Source: Actinomycetota bacterium (GTDB lineage: Bacteria; Actinomycetota; Actinomycetes; JAKEEW01). Taken from it: a DNA stretch of 36,351 nucleotides. This document shows positions 16,859-26,151 of this stretch, piece after piece. Under the pieces are notes generated by a model, which had not been told where the DNA came from, searched no databases, and saw nothing but the letters and a program-made list of their open reading frames with translations. The stretch is from the NCBI GenBank assembly GCA_046725875.1, contig JBKOZJ010000026.1, positions 1-36,351 of the forward strand, given 5' to 3'. Every line of letters begins with the position of its first letter. Positions within the stretch are counted from its first letter, which is position 1. The position numbers were made by a program, and so were the translations under genes.

Positions 16859-18746
16859 CGAGGGTGCGGGCGGCGTCCGCGATGGCGGCGGCGTCGATCC
16901 CCGCCGCCCGAAGCTGCTCGGCCGGCGTCGCCGACGCGGGCATCGAGCCAACCCCGAGCTGGGCGAACCGCGGCACCTGCCCGTTGCTGGCCAGCGCGGC
17001 GAGAACGGCGTCGCCGAGGCCTCCTTCGAGCCAGTGGTCCTCCACGGTGACTATGTGCCCAGTCTCGCCGGCGGCCCAGCGCAGAGTTGCCTCGTCAATC
17101 GGCTTGACGGAGTACAGGTCGATCACCCGGGCAGAGATGTCCTCGCCGGCAAGTTGCTCGGCGGCGCGCAGCGCCTCGGCGACCGTCACGCCGGCCGCGA
17201 CGATCGCCACCCGGTCGTCCGGCGTGCCGGCGATCACCTTGCTGCCGCCGATCGGAAAGTCCTCGTCCGGGCCGTAGATGACCGGCGTCTCGCCGCGGGT
17301 GGTCCGGAGGTATGAGATCCCCGAGCGGTCGGCCATAGCTGCGACGAGCGCCGCCGTCTGGTTCGCGTCACACGGGTAGAGGACGGTGCTCCCCTGGACG
17401 GCGCGGAACGCCGCGAGATCCTCCAGTCCCATCTGGGACGGGCCGTCCTGCCCGATCGCGACGCCGGCGTGCGAGCCGACCAGCCTCAGGTTGGCCCGGC
17501 TGACCGCGGCCATGCGGATGAAGTCGTACGCCCGAGTGAGGAAGGCGGCGAAGGTCGCCGCGAACGGCACCCAACCCCGCACTTGCAACCCCACCGCCGC
17601 GGCGATCATCTGCTGCTCGGCGATGTAACACTCGACGAACCGATCCGGGTGTGCCGTCGCGAACTGCTCTGTCCGGGTTGAGTCGGCCACCTCGCCGTCG
17701 AGCACGACAATGTCGCCGCGCGCATCTCCGAGCGCCGCGAGCGCCGCGCCGAAGGCGTCGCGGGTCGCGATCTCCTCGCCGACTTCGTAGCGGGGCAGTG
17801 TCGGCGTTCCTCGGCGACGGTCGGGAAGCTGCACTGGTGGCGGCTCAGCGACGCGGACCCGGATCGAACGTTCGCCGCCCAGCTCCGCGACCGCCGCCTC
17901 GGCGTCCTTCAGCGGCTTGCCGTGCGCGCCTTCCTTGTCCTCGACAGCTGACCCGCCCTTGCCCTTCTTTGTACGGGCCAGGATCGCGGTCGGGCGGTCG
18001 GAGCCAATCGCTTCGCCGTACGCGCGGTCGATCTGTGCCGGATCGTGTCCATCGATCTCGACGATGTGCCAGTCGAAGGCGCCGATCCGCCGTGCATATG
18101 CAGCGGTGTCCCACTCGTGTCTGGTCGGTCCTCGCTGGCCCAGCCGGTTGACGTCCACGATCGCGGTCAGGTTGGCCAGCCTCTCGTGGCCTGCATGCTC
18201 AAAGGCCTCCCACATGGATCCCTCGGCGAGCTCGCTGTCGCCGCAAAGCACCCACAACCGATAAGGCGCGCGGTCGAAGCGCTTGCCGGCAAGCGCCATC
18301 CCGACGCCGATGGGCAGGCCCTGGCCGAGCGAGCCGGTCGCTACGTCGACCCACGGCAGGCGCGGCGTCGGATGGCCTTCGAGCCGGCTGCCCTCCTTCC
18401 GGAAGGTCAGCAGCTCCGCGTCAGTGATTGCCCCGGCCGCCTTGTAGATCGCGTAGAGCAGCGGGGAGGCATGGCCCTTCGAGAAGATCAGGTGATCGTT
18501 CCCGGGTTGGTGGGGCCGGTGGAAGTCGTAGCGCAGGTGCCGCGCCAGCAGGACGGCCATCAAGTCCGCTGCCGACATCGACGAGGTCGGGTGCCCCGAC
18601 CCCGCCGCCGCAGAGCAGCGCACCGCGTCGACCCGCAGCTGCTGGCCCAGCTCAGCGAGCTGCACATAGTCGGGTAGCTCGGCGGGAGATTCAGTGGGGC
18701 GCCCCGCAGGACTGGTGACGTCAGCCATGACCAGTGGCCTACCCAT
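16848..18746 (-). CDS. tkt: Transketolase (compact single-chain type); start may be 18728
   Basis: SGHPTSSMS, SKGHASP, LEGHPTP, TGSLGQG, ThDP motif GDSELAEGSMWEA...DVNRLGQ, IAEQQM and GQDGPSQM. Confidence 0.93.
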   Translation of the reverse strand: MGRPLVMADVTSPAGRPTESPAELPDYVQLAELGQQLRVDAVRCSAAAGSGHPTSSMSAADLMAVLLARHLRYDFHRPHQPGNDHLIFSKGHASPLLYAIYKAAGAITDAELLTFRKEGSRLEGHPTPRLPWVDVATGSLGQGLPIGVGMALAGKRFDRAPYRLWVLCGDSELAEGSMWEAFEHAGHERLANLTAIVDVNRLGQRGPTRHEWDTAAYARRIGAFDWHIVEIDGHDPAQIDRAYGEAIGSDRPTAILARTKKGKGGSAVEDKEGAHGKPLKDAEAAVAELGGERSIRVRVAEPPPVQLPDRRRGTPTLPRYEVGEEIATRDAFGAALAALGDARGDIVVLDGEVADSTRTEQFATAHPDRFVECYIAEQQMIAAAVGLQVRGWVPFAATFAAFLTRAYDFIRMAAVSRANLRLVGSHAGVAIGQDGPSQMGLEDLAAFRAVQGSTVLYPCDANQTAALVAAMADRSGISYLRTTRGETPVIYGPDEDFPIGGSKVIAGTPDDRVAIVAAGVTVAEALRAAEQLAGEDISARVIDLYSVKPIDEATLRWAAGETGHIVTVEDHWLEGGLGDAVLAALASNGQVPRFAQLGVGSMPASATPAEQLRAAGIDAAAIADAARTLVKP

Positions 18747-18847
18747 GACATGGGTACCGATTCCGCGGATCGGGTAGCGGCCGTGCCCGGCTCCGTGCCG
18801 CCCGCAAACGCTAGGCCGGTCTTGCTAGTGCACGGCAGCATTGAGCC

Positions 18848-19726
18848 ATGGTCACTCGCCCGCCCGGCGCGGAGACTGCCGCCGCGGCAGTGCGCGCCGC
18901 CAGGGAAGCCGCCGAGAGGTCGGGGGTGGAGATCCGGCTTCTCCACGAGCTCGCCGACCTGGATGCGGTCTACCGTCTCTTGGTCGAGATCTGGCGGCCG
19001 GACGAGCGCAATCCGCCGGTAACCATCGAGCTGCTGCGGGCCACGACGTACGCCGGCAACTACCTCTCCGGTGCCTACGACTGGGGCGAACTCGTGGGTG
19101 CCTGCTTCGGCTTCTTCGGTGCGCCCGCGGGCGTCGGAATGCACTCTCATATCGCGGCGGTGGCGGATCGAGTCCGCGGGCGCAACGTCGGCTTCGCACT
19201 CAAGCTGCACCAGCGCGCGTGGGCCATCGGGCACGGGATCCAAACCGTGACCTGGACCTTCGACCCGCTCGTCCGCCGCAACGCCTACTTCAACATGGGC
19301 AAGCTCGGCGCGCGCCCGCGCGACTACCTCGTCGACTTCTACGGCGAGATGGGTGATTCGATCAACCAGGGCCAGGGCAGCGACCGGCTGCTCGTGGCGT
19401 GGGATCTCGCGTCCCCAGTAGTGCGCCACGCCTGCGCGGGCAAACCGGTCGAGGCCGACCCACGCGAGCTGGAGCGAGCGGCGCCCGTCCTGATTGAGTC
19501 GGAGTCTGGGCAGCCCAGAGCGCTGCGACCGAAGGGACTGAGTGGGCCGCTGCTCGTGCAGATACCCGCCGATATCGAGAGCTTGCGCCGGGCCGCACCG
19601 ACAACGGCCCGGGACTGGCGGCGGGCAGTACGGGACGTGCTCGGCGGGCTGATCACGGAAGGGGCCGAGGTCACGGGCTTCGCGAAGACGGCCGGCTACA
19701 TCCTCACTTTCAGGTCCGCAAAATGA
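18848..19726 (+). CDS. GNAT-family acyltransferase, probable D-amino-acid N-succinyltransferase
   Basis: HSHIAAV, RGRNVGFALKLHQR, WTFDPLVRRNAYFN and SDRLLVAWDL. Coupled (ATGA) to the NSAR/OSBS gene. Confidence 0.8.
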   Translation: MVTRPPGAETAAAAVRAAREAAERSGVEIRLLHELADLDAVYRLLVEIWRPDERNPPVTIELLRATTYAGNYLSGAYDWGELVGACFGFFGAPAGVGMHSHIAAVADRVRGRNVGFALKLHQRAWAIGHGIQTVTWTFDPLVRRNAYFNMGKLGARPRDYLVDFYGEMGDSINQGQGSDRLLVAWDLASPVVRHACAGKPVEADPRELERAAPVLIESESGQPRALRPKGLSGPLLVQIPADIESLRRAAPTTARDWRRAVRDVLGGLITEGAEVTGFAKTAGYILTFRSAK

Positions 19727-20832
19727 AAATGACCGGGTTCGAGCTGCGCCGGATCAGCATGCCGCTCGTGGCGCCGTTCCGTACATCCTTCGGGGTCGAG
19801 ACCCAGCGCGACGTCCTGCTGGTCCGGGCGGCGACGCCGGATGCGGACGGGTGGGGGGAGTGCGTGGCAGCGAGCGAGCCGCTCTACTCGTCGGAATACG
19901 TCGACGGGTGCGCCGACGTGATCCGCCGGTTCCTCGCTCCCCGGTTGCTCGCCGCCGGCAAGCTCCAACCCCACCGTGTCGCGCCCCTGCTCGAACCGAT
20001 CAAAGGCCACCGGATGGCCAAGGCCGCGCTGGAGATGGCCGTGCTCGATGCTTGGCTGCGTGGCCGCAACGAATCGTTTGGCAAATTTCTCGGCGCGGTC
20101 CATGGCCGGGTGCCAGCCGGCGTGTCGGTCGGAATCATGGACACCGTGCCGCAGTTGCTCGATGCGGTCGCCGGCTATCTCGACGAGGGCTATCTCCGGA
20201 TCAAGCTGAAGATCGAGCCGGGCTGGGATGTCGAGCCGGTACGAGTGGTCCGCGAGCATTTCGGCGATGCTCTCCTGCTCCAGGTTGATGCGAATGCGGC
20301 CTACCGCCTCGCGGACGCCCGCACACTCTCCGCGCTCGACGACTTCGGCTTGCTGCTGATCGAGCAACCGCTGGCCGACGATGATCTCCGCGAGCACGCC
20401 GAGCTCGCCACGCTGATCCGTACACCTATATGCCTCGATGAGTCGATCGTGTCGGCTAAGGCGGCGGCGGACGCGATCGCGCTGCGCGCCGCTCGAATAA
20501 TCAACATCAAGCCGGGCCGGGTCGGCGGATACCTGGAGGCCCGCCGCATCCATGACCTCTGCCAGGCCAATGGCGTCCCGGTCTGGTGCGGCGGCATGCT
20601 CGAAACCGGCCTCGGCCGTGCTGCCAACGTCGCCCTTGCCGCCCTGCCCGGCTTTACACTCCCGGGCGACACATCCGCGTCAGGCCGCTACTACGCCCGG
20701 GATGTGACCGAGCCATTCGTGCTCGACCAGGGATACCTCGCGGTTCCGTCCGCTCCGGGCCTGGGCGTCGAGCCGCGGATCGACGTCCTCACCGAGATCA
20801 CGACCGCCATCGAGTGGCTGGCCGCCGGGTGA
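19723..20832 (+). CDS. menC: o-succinylbenzoate synthase / N-succinylamino-acid racemase (NSAR/OSBS subfamily, enolase superfamily)
   Basis: PFRTSFG, RIKLKI (KxK), DAN, EQP, DES, NIKPGRVGG, WCGGMLE and PGD. Confidence 0.9.
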   Translation: MKMTGFELRRISMPLVAPFRTSFGVETQRDVLLVRAATPDADGWGECVAASEPLYSSEYVDGCADVIRRFLAPRLLAAGKLQPHRVAPLLEPIKGHRMAKAALEMAVLDAWLRGRNESFGKFLGAVHGRVPAGVSVGIMDTVPQLLDAVAGYLDEGYLRIKLKIEPGWDVEPVRVVREHFGDALLLQVDANAAYRLADARTLSALDDFGLLLIEQPLADDDLREHAELATLIRTPICLDESIVSAKAAADAIALRAARIINIKPGRVGGYLEARRIHDLCQANGVPVWCGGMLETGLGRAANVALAALPGFTLPGDTSASGRYYARDVTEPFVLDQGYLAVPSAPGLGVEPRIDVLTEITTAIEWLAAG

Positions 20833-22249
20833 TATCCGGCATCTGGGATGGGAGAACGGCAACGAAGCGGGTGCCGGGAGTGGCGTCCTCGATCCAGATG
20901 CTGCCGCCGTGCCGGTCGGCGATCTCTTTTGCAATTGCGAGCCCCAGGCCCGTCCCGCTCGGTCCGTCGCGCCGGCGGGCGTCGTCGAGCCGAGTGAAGC
21001 GCGCGAAGACCTGGTCACGTTGATCGGCTGGAATGCCCAGTCCATCGTCCTGGATGGCCAGCTGCGCATCGCCGTTCTGCATCGACAGATTCACCCGTAC
21101 GGCGGACGCCGCATACTGCGAAGCGTTCTCCAGCAGGTTGCGGACGAGGCGAGTCAGTTCGTCCCGGCTACCGGAGATCGGCGCGGCGGACACGCCAGAG
21201 GTGTCCAGGTCGACCCGGGCGGCCGGCCGCAGCCGAGCCACCTCCTCGAGTACGACGTCGTCGAGGTCGACCGGCTCGACCCGGCCAATGCCGGAGCTGC
21301 CGTCGGTACGGGCGAGGAACAGCAGGTCGCGGACGAGCCGCTCCATGCGCTGTATCTCGGTAAGGAGACCGGACCCGGTCGTCGGCCAGTCGGTCGAGTC
21401 AGGGTGTGCCATCGCGACCTCGAGCTGCGTCCGCAGCGAGGCGAGCGGGCTCTGCAGCTCGTGCGATGCGTCGGCTACGAACTTGCGCTGCTTGTCGCTC
21501 GCCGTCTCGAGCCGGGCGAGCAGCGCGTTCATCGTTTCCGCGAGGCGGCGCACCTCATCGCGGACCGCGGGGACCGGCACCCGCCGGTCGAGCGCGTGAG
21601 CGGAGATATCCGCGACTCTGGCCCGAAGCTCCTCGACCGGCCGCAGCGCTCGCCCGGCAAGCGTCCAGCTCGCCGCGGCAAGCAGCCCAAGCAGCGGCGG
21701 CAGACCGATGACGAGCGTCCGTTGTACTGTCGCGATGGTCTCCGAGACCGATTCTGTGCTCGTCGCGACGTACGCAATCACAGGCTCCGAACGATCCGAT
21801 CCCCGCAACGCCCACACCCGGTAGCTCTCACCACCGTCGGTCCGCTTGGGGTTCCCTCCGGCGTCTCTGATCAGGTCTTCGTCGGGCACGTTGTGGACCG
21901 TCGTCATGCTCGGCGCGGCACCCGTAGGTACGAACTCGGTGAGCCGGCGGCGCGACCAGCCCTCGTTCGCAGCCACGATCTGGCCCGAGCTGTCGACCAC
22001 CTGGACTATGTCATCCTCGTTGGGGGCCGTCAGCGAGGCCGGCAACGAACCGGCGGCAGCGAGTTCGACCAGGTCGCGCGCCTTGGCTTTCGCGGCATCG
22101 TCCGCCGATCGGGTCAGGGTGTTGCGCAGGGTCAGGAGGAGCGCGACCGCGCCAAGTGCGAGCGAAACGGCCACGACGGCCGTGGCGAGCGCCGTCGTGC
22201 GCGCCCGGACCGAGCCGAGCCTGCCCCGCAGCCTGGGCGAGCGCCGCAT
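20798..22249 (-). CDS. HAMP-domain sensor histidine kinase
   Basis: Two TM helices, HAMP, H-box ASHELQSPL, N-box NLLENA, DDGLGI, F-box and GTGLGL. Confidence 0.95.
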   Translation of the reverse strand: MRRSPRLRGRLGSVRARTTALATAVVAVSLALGAVALLLTLRNTLTRSADDAAKAKARDLVELAAAGSLPASLTAPNEDDIVQVVDSSGQIVAANEGWSRRRLTEFVPTGAAPSMTTVHNVPDEDLIRDAGGNPKRTDGGESYRVWALRGSDRSEPVIAYVATSTESVSETIATVQRTLVIGLPPLLGLLAAASWTLAGRALRPVEELRARVADISAHALDRRVPVPAVRDEVRRLAETMNALLARLETASDKQRKFVADASHELQSPLASLRTQLEVAMAHPDSTDWPTTGSGLLTEIQRMERLVRDLLFLARTDGSSGIGRVEPVDLDDVVLEEVARLRPAARVDLDTSGVSAAPISGSRDELTRLVRNLLENASQYAASAVRVNLSMQNGDAQLAIQDDGLGIPADQRDQVFARFTRLDDARRRDGPSGTGLGLAIAKEIADRHGGSIWIEDATPGTRFVAVLPSQMPDITRRPATRWRS

Positions 22250-22255
22250 CGCAGC

Positions 22256-22933
22256 TCACCCGCCGTCCGGATCGAGGCGGTAACCGACCAGCCGGACCGT
22301 CTGCAGACTGTTCCGCCCGAACGGCTGGTCAATCGCCTTGCGCAGCTGGGCGATGTACACCTCGACGATATTGGGATCGCCCGCGAAGGCGAAGTCCCAC
22401 ACGTGGCCGAGGATCTCCGCCTTCGGCACCACCTCGCCGGCCCGCCGCAGCAGGAACTCGAGCAACGCGAACTGCCGGGGAGTCAGTGCGATGGGCGTGT
22501 CGTCCCGCCACACTTTATGTGCGGCGGGGTCGAGCTTGAGGTCGCCCGCGGCGAGGATCGATGGCCGTTCGCTTTGCCCACGACGAAGCAGCGCCCGCAG
22601 CCGGGCGACGAGTACGACGAAGGAGAACGGCTTGGCAAGGAAGTCGTCCGCGCCGATATCGAGCGCCTCGGCCTCGTCGAGCTCACCGTCCATCGCGGTG
22701 AGCATCAGGATGGGCGTCCAGGTGCCGGCGGAGCGGAGCTTCTCGCACAGCTCGTAGCCGTTGATCCCCGGCAGCATGATGTCGAGAATCATCACGTCGT
22801 AGGCGAACTCGGTGGCCAGCCACAGCCCCTCGTCCCCGGTTGCCGCCAGGTCGACGGCGAAGCCCTCGGCTTCGAGCCCGCGCTTGATCGCACCCGCGAG
22901 CGGCCGGTCGTCCTCGACGAGGAGTATCCGCAT
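22256..22933 (-). CDS. OmpR/PhoB-family response regulator
   Basis: MRILLVEDD, LDIMLPG, LMLTA, GADDFLAKPF and wHTH NIVEVYIAQLRK...TVRLVGY. Confidence 0.95.
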   Translation of the reverse strand: MRILLVEDDRPLAGAIKRGLEAEGFAVDLAATGDEGLWLATEFAYDVMILDIMLPGINGYELCEKLRSAGTWTPILMLTAMDGELDEAEALDIGADDFLAKPFSFVVLVARLRALLRRGQSERPSILAAGDLKLDPAAHKVWRDDTPIALTPRQFALLEFLLRRAGEVVPKAEILGHVWDFAFAGDPNIVEVYIAQLRKAIDQPFGRNSLQTVRLVGYRLDPDGG

Positions 22934-22955
22934 GCTCCAACGGTGGCACGACTCC

Positions 22956-23043
22956 GCTGAGAGCGAGCTGAAGGCCGGGTGGCCCGGTGACTGGACTCCC
23001 CGGCTGGACCCGTTGGGTTCGGCCGGGTTCAGCGTGGATTCAG
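22956..23043. promoter_or_regulatory. Two divergent OmpR-type direct-repeat boxes (YTCAG-N6-YTCAG)
   Basis: Minus-strand TTCAGC-N5-CTCAGC at 22956-22972 and plus-strand TTCAG at 23028 and 23039, each with 11-bp spacing, between the regulator and the divergent genes. Confidence 0.55.
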
Positions 23044-23066
23044 GTGCTGCCGCCGAGCATCGACGC

Positions 23067-23276
23067 ATGATTCGCAGGCCCGGACGGCCGCTGACCTTCT
23101 TCGCCGTCGCGGTAGGGCTCCTTCGAGAGCTTGCTGCTGACCGGTGAATGGACCCGCTCGAGCCCGACGTGTATGCGCACAAGTACTACGCGCGTGGCAT
23201 CGGACTCGTCCTCGACACCACCGTGAAGGGCGGGGAGGAGCGCTTCGAGCTGGTCCGCGTCGACCGGACCAAGTGA
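23067..23276 (+). pseudogene. Internally deleted secreted-protein gene
   Basis: Signal-like MIRRPGRPLTFFAVAVG is joined through frameshifts to GSFESLLLTGEW-PLEPDVYAHKYYARGIGLVLDTTVKGGEERFELVRVDRTK*. Confidence 0.5.
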
Positions 23277-23317
23277 AGGGTGTACGCATATTGGAAGCGG
23301 GCACAGGAGGAAGCGAG

Positions 23318-23635
23318 ATGAAGCTGAGATTCGCGATCGGGGCGGCGGTGACGGCTGCGCTCGTCGGCACCGGGGCAGCGGTGGCTGCGGCATCCGGCGA
23401 CGACGAGGGCGGGACCGTGACCGGGCCAGAGGCCGACCACGCCGTGTCGGCGGCCCTATCCGCCACCGGCGGGGGCCGGGCAAATTCCGTTGAGCGCGAC
23501 TCGGAGGACGGCGCCACCTGGGAGGTGGAGGTCACCAAGCCGGACGGGACAACGGTCGACGTCCGGCTCGACGGCTCCTACAAGGTCGTGGTGATCGAGG
23601 GAGACCGGGAGGACGCCGACACCGAGGCGGAGTAG
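23318..23635 (+). CDS. Secreted PepSY-domain protein
   Basis: AGGAGG RBS, signal peptide, and AVSAALSATGGG...VERDSEDGATWEVEVTKPDGTTVDVRLD. Confidence 0.85.
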   Translation: MKLRFAIGAAVTAALVGTGAAVAAASGDDEGGTVTGPEADHAVSAALSATGGGRANSVERDSEDGATWEVEVTKPDGTTVDVRLDGSYKVVVIEGDREDADTEAE

Positions 23636-23674
23636 GCGCGTTCGGCGACCCGACGACTACCGCGCCGTTGCTGG

Positions 23675-24637
23675 TCAGCGACGCTTTGCTTGGTCGAGCC
23701 TGGCGCGCGCCTCGGCAACCGCGCGGACCGCTTCCTGCTGGGCGGCCCGGACCAGCGCCAGCCGCTGCTCCGCTGCAACCTTCTCGCGGCGGGCCTCGAT
23801 TCGCTGGCTATCCAACCAGTCGATGCGGTCCCTGGCGGCCTCGAGCGCTGCCTCGGCATCGGCCAGGTCATGCTCGCGTTGCCAATGTGCCGCCTCGGCC
23901 GCCGCGAGCTCCGCTTCCGCTTGCCGGACTCGCGCATACAGTGATCCGGTTTGCAGGGGCTCTTCGGCTTCGTCGCCGTACTCAACCTCATGGTCGGTGG
24001 CCGGCCTGCCGGACTGGGACGGTATGACACGGAGCCCGCCCCCGGTGAGATCGTCCCCCAAGTCTGCCCATGCGCCCGCGTCGACCACGCTGAGCTGCCA
24101 ACCACCAGGCCCGTCGTCCTCGTTCTTCACGGGCACGTCGACCTGGGGCAGCGGGCCGAAGCCGTTGTGCGACATGGGTCGGACAAGGCGACCGGACAAG
24201 ATCGTGAAGGACCCGGCCAGGTCGACCAGGGCCGCGTGCAAAGTCCCCTCGACCTCCAGGAGCACCGCGTCACTCGCCGGGCTCCCGGCCTGGGCCGCCC
24301 GCTGCCGCGCCCGGTCGACCAGGTCGGCGACGAGCCGATGGCGGAGCCCGGACAGGGGGGCCAGTTTTGCCGTATCGAGCTCGGTCTGCGCCTGCCGCAG
24401 CTCTCGCCCGATCGCCAGCAGCCGGTCCAGCTCTGTGCGGTCGTGCCTAGCCAGCAGGTTGACGAGCCAGGCGCTTCGTGTGGGGCGGCGGAGATGCCCG
24501 AGCTGTCGGGCGAGGTCGGGGTTGCCAGCAGCCTTGGCCCGGCGGACCAACTCGTCCCGGGCAGCTACGAATTGCCCCGGGGGGACGAGATACAGCTCGG
24601 CCGCGATCTCGTGGGCATCGGTCAGCTCAATCGTCAT
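23675..24637 (-). CDS. Conserved actinobacterial hypothetical protein with C-terminal coiled coil (paralogue of 26152..27051)
   Basis: GGGGAG RBS before ATG 24637. AELYLVPPGQFVAARDEL...LRRPTRSAWLVNLLAR and GRLVRPMSHNGFG. Confidence 0.8.
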   Translation of the reverse strand: MTIELTDAHEIAAELYLVPPGQFVAARDELVRRAKAAGNPDLARQLGHLRRPTRSAWLVNLLARHDRTELDRLLAIGRELRQAQTELDTAKLAPLSGLRHRLVADLVDRARQRAAQAGSPASDAVLLEVEGTLHAALVDLAGSFTILSGRLVRPMSHNGFGPLPQVDVPVKNEDDGPGGWQLSVVDAGAWADLGDDLTGGGLRVIPSQSGRPATDHEVEYGDEAEEPLQTGSLYARVRQAEAELAAAEAAHWQREHDLADAEAALEAARDRIDWLDSQRIEARREKVAAEQRLALVRAAQQEAVRAVAEARARLDQAKRR

Positions 24638-24667
24638 CGCAACTCCCCGAGCTAGCCTACGGCGTGG

Positions 24668-24738
24668 TACCCCACGAAATCTTCGCTCGCTTGGGCACCC
24701 TACGAAATCCTCGCTCGCTTGGCACCTCGGATCGCTCG
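24668..24738. repeat. 28-bp tandem direct repeat in the divergent promoter upstream of ku
   Basis: ACGAAATCTTCGCTCGCTTGGGCACC (24674) and ACGAAATCCTCGCTCGCTTGGCACC (24702), with partial TCGCTCG at 24732. Confidence 0.7.
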
Positions 24739-24781
24739 GTAGCGGTGGTGACTTGTGCCGGTTGTGGGGGAGACTCACAGG

Positions 24782-25771
24782 GTGAAGAGCGTCTGGAAGG
24801 GCGTAATTTCGTTCGGCCTGGTCTCGATCCCGGTCCGGCTATTTTTGGCAACCGAGGAGCGCGGCGTCGCGCTGCACCAGGTCCATGTCAAGGACGGCGG
24901 CCGGATCCGCTACCGGCGGTTCTGCACGGTCGACGGCGAGGAGGTGCCGTTCGAGGACATCGTGCGCGGCTACGAGCTGCCGACCGGCGAGGTCGTTGTA
25001 CTCACCGCCGAGGACTTCGCCAACCTGCCGCTTTCCACCAGCCGGGCGATCGACGTGCTGAGCTTCGTGGACGCGGAAGCTCTCGATCCGGTCCAGCTTG
25101 TGCGGTCCTACTTCTGTGAGCCGGCTGACTCAGATCCCAAGCCGTATGTCCTGTTCCGGGACGCCCTCGAGCGCACCGGACGGGTCGCGATCGTCAAGGT
25201 CGCCCTGCGGCAACGGGAGTCGCTGGCGGCGCTCCGGCCCCGCAACGGCGTGCTCATGCTGCAGATGATGCTGTGGCCGGACGAGATCAGGGAGCCGCGC
25301 TTCCCCTTCCTCGACGAAGATGTCTTGCTGCGCCCGCAGGAGCTCCAGATGGCCAGCGCCTACGTCGAGGCAATGACCGGTCAGGTTGAGGGAGCGGAGC
25401 TGATCGACCGCTACCGGGTCGCCTTGGAGCAGTTGGTCGAGGCGAAGATCGGCGGCCACATGATCGAGCAGCCGCCGGCTCCGGTTCCGGCGGCGGGCGT
25501 CGACCTCATGGAGGCGCTCCGGCAGAGTGTCGAGGAGGCCAAGCGGGCCCGTGGCGAGCAGCCGGCGGCGCCGGCGCGGGCCACCGCCAAGCGGGCGCCC
25601 AAGCGGGCCGCACCGCGGGCGGCCGACCGGCCGAAGTCGGTCAAGAAGGCCGCGGCAAAGAAGACAGCCGAGACCGGCGCCCGAACCAGGTCGACACCGG
25701 GTCGGGCGACGGCGGCCAAGAAACAGACGACGCAGAAGGCGACGGCAAAGAAGGCGTCGACCCGCCGCTGA
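24782..25771 (+). CDS. ku: NHEJ DNA end-binding protein Ku
   Basis: VKSVWKGVISFGLVSIPVRL, GGRIRYRR, RGYE, KPYVLFRDAL, MLWPDEIR, DRYR, VDLMEALRQSV and a Lys/Ala-rich C-terminal tail. Confidence 0.96.
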   Translation: MKSVWKGVISFGLVSIPVRLFLATEERGVALHQVHVKDGGRIRYRRFCTVDGEEVPFEDIVRGYELPTGEVVVLTAEDFANLPLSTSRAIDVLSFVDAEALDPVQLVRSYFCEPADSDPKPYVLFRDALERTGRVAIVKVALRQRESLAALRPRNGVLMLQMMLWPDEIREPRFPFLDEDVLLRPQELQMASAYVEAMTGQVEGAELIDRYRVALEQLVEAKIGGHMIEQPPAPVPAAGVDLMEALRQSVEEAKRARGEQPAAPARATAKRAPKRAAPRAADRPKSVKKAAAKKTAETGARTRSTPGRATAAKKQTTQKATAKKASTRR

Positions 25772-25800
25772 CCCGGGCCGCTGACACAGGGAGGCGCACC

Positions 25801-26013
25801 ATGCGCTGGTTCGCTGGTTCGATCTATGCCGGCATGGTGGCGTTCGTCTGGATCAACGGCGGGGTATCCATCGCGCTACTCGTTCTGGCCTGCGTGCTCT
25901 TCCTCACGGCGACGATGCGAGTCGATCTGATGGGGGAGTGGGCGTCCGGCTGGGCGGAGTGGATCGCGCGGCGCCGGCGGACCCGACCGCCGGCATCAAC
26001 GTCGGGCCGTTGA
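25801..26013 (+). CDS. Small membrane protein (70 aa)
   Basis: GGGAGG RBS, two hydrophobic segments and a basic tail. Confidence 0.55.
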   Translation: MRWFAGSIYAGMVAFVWINGGVSIALLVLACVLFLTATMRVDLMGEWASGWAEWIARRRRTRPPASTSGR

Positions 26014-26151
26014 AGCCAGGCCGGCAATCGGTCGGTTGCTGTTTGATCCGCCAAGCGGTTCGTACGAGAGCCTGCCTAACCGCATCCGCAACGTGGGGCT
26101 CGGGTTATGTGCGCTCGGCGGATCAAACAGGCCAATGGCCGGCACCCTGGG

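Noticed and set aside
20909..22960. 683-aa plus-strand ORF
   Set aside because: Antisense shadow of the kinase and regulator genes, common in high-GC DNA, with no recognisable motifs.
22934..23182. N-terminal extension of the response regulator (308-aa ORF)
   Set aside because: The receiver domain starts at MRILLVEDD (22933), and the extension covers the operator boxes and a plus-strand pseudogene.
25550..25771. Repetitive AAG/GCG-rich stretch as a repeat element
   Set aside because: It encodes the ordinary Lys/Ala-rich basic tail of actinobacterial Ku.
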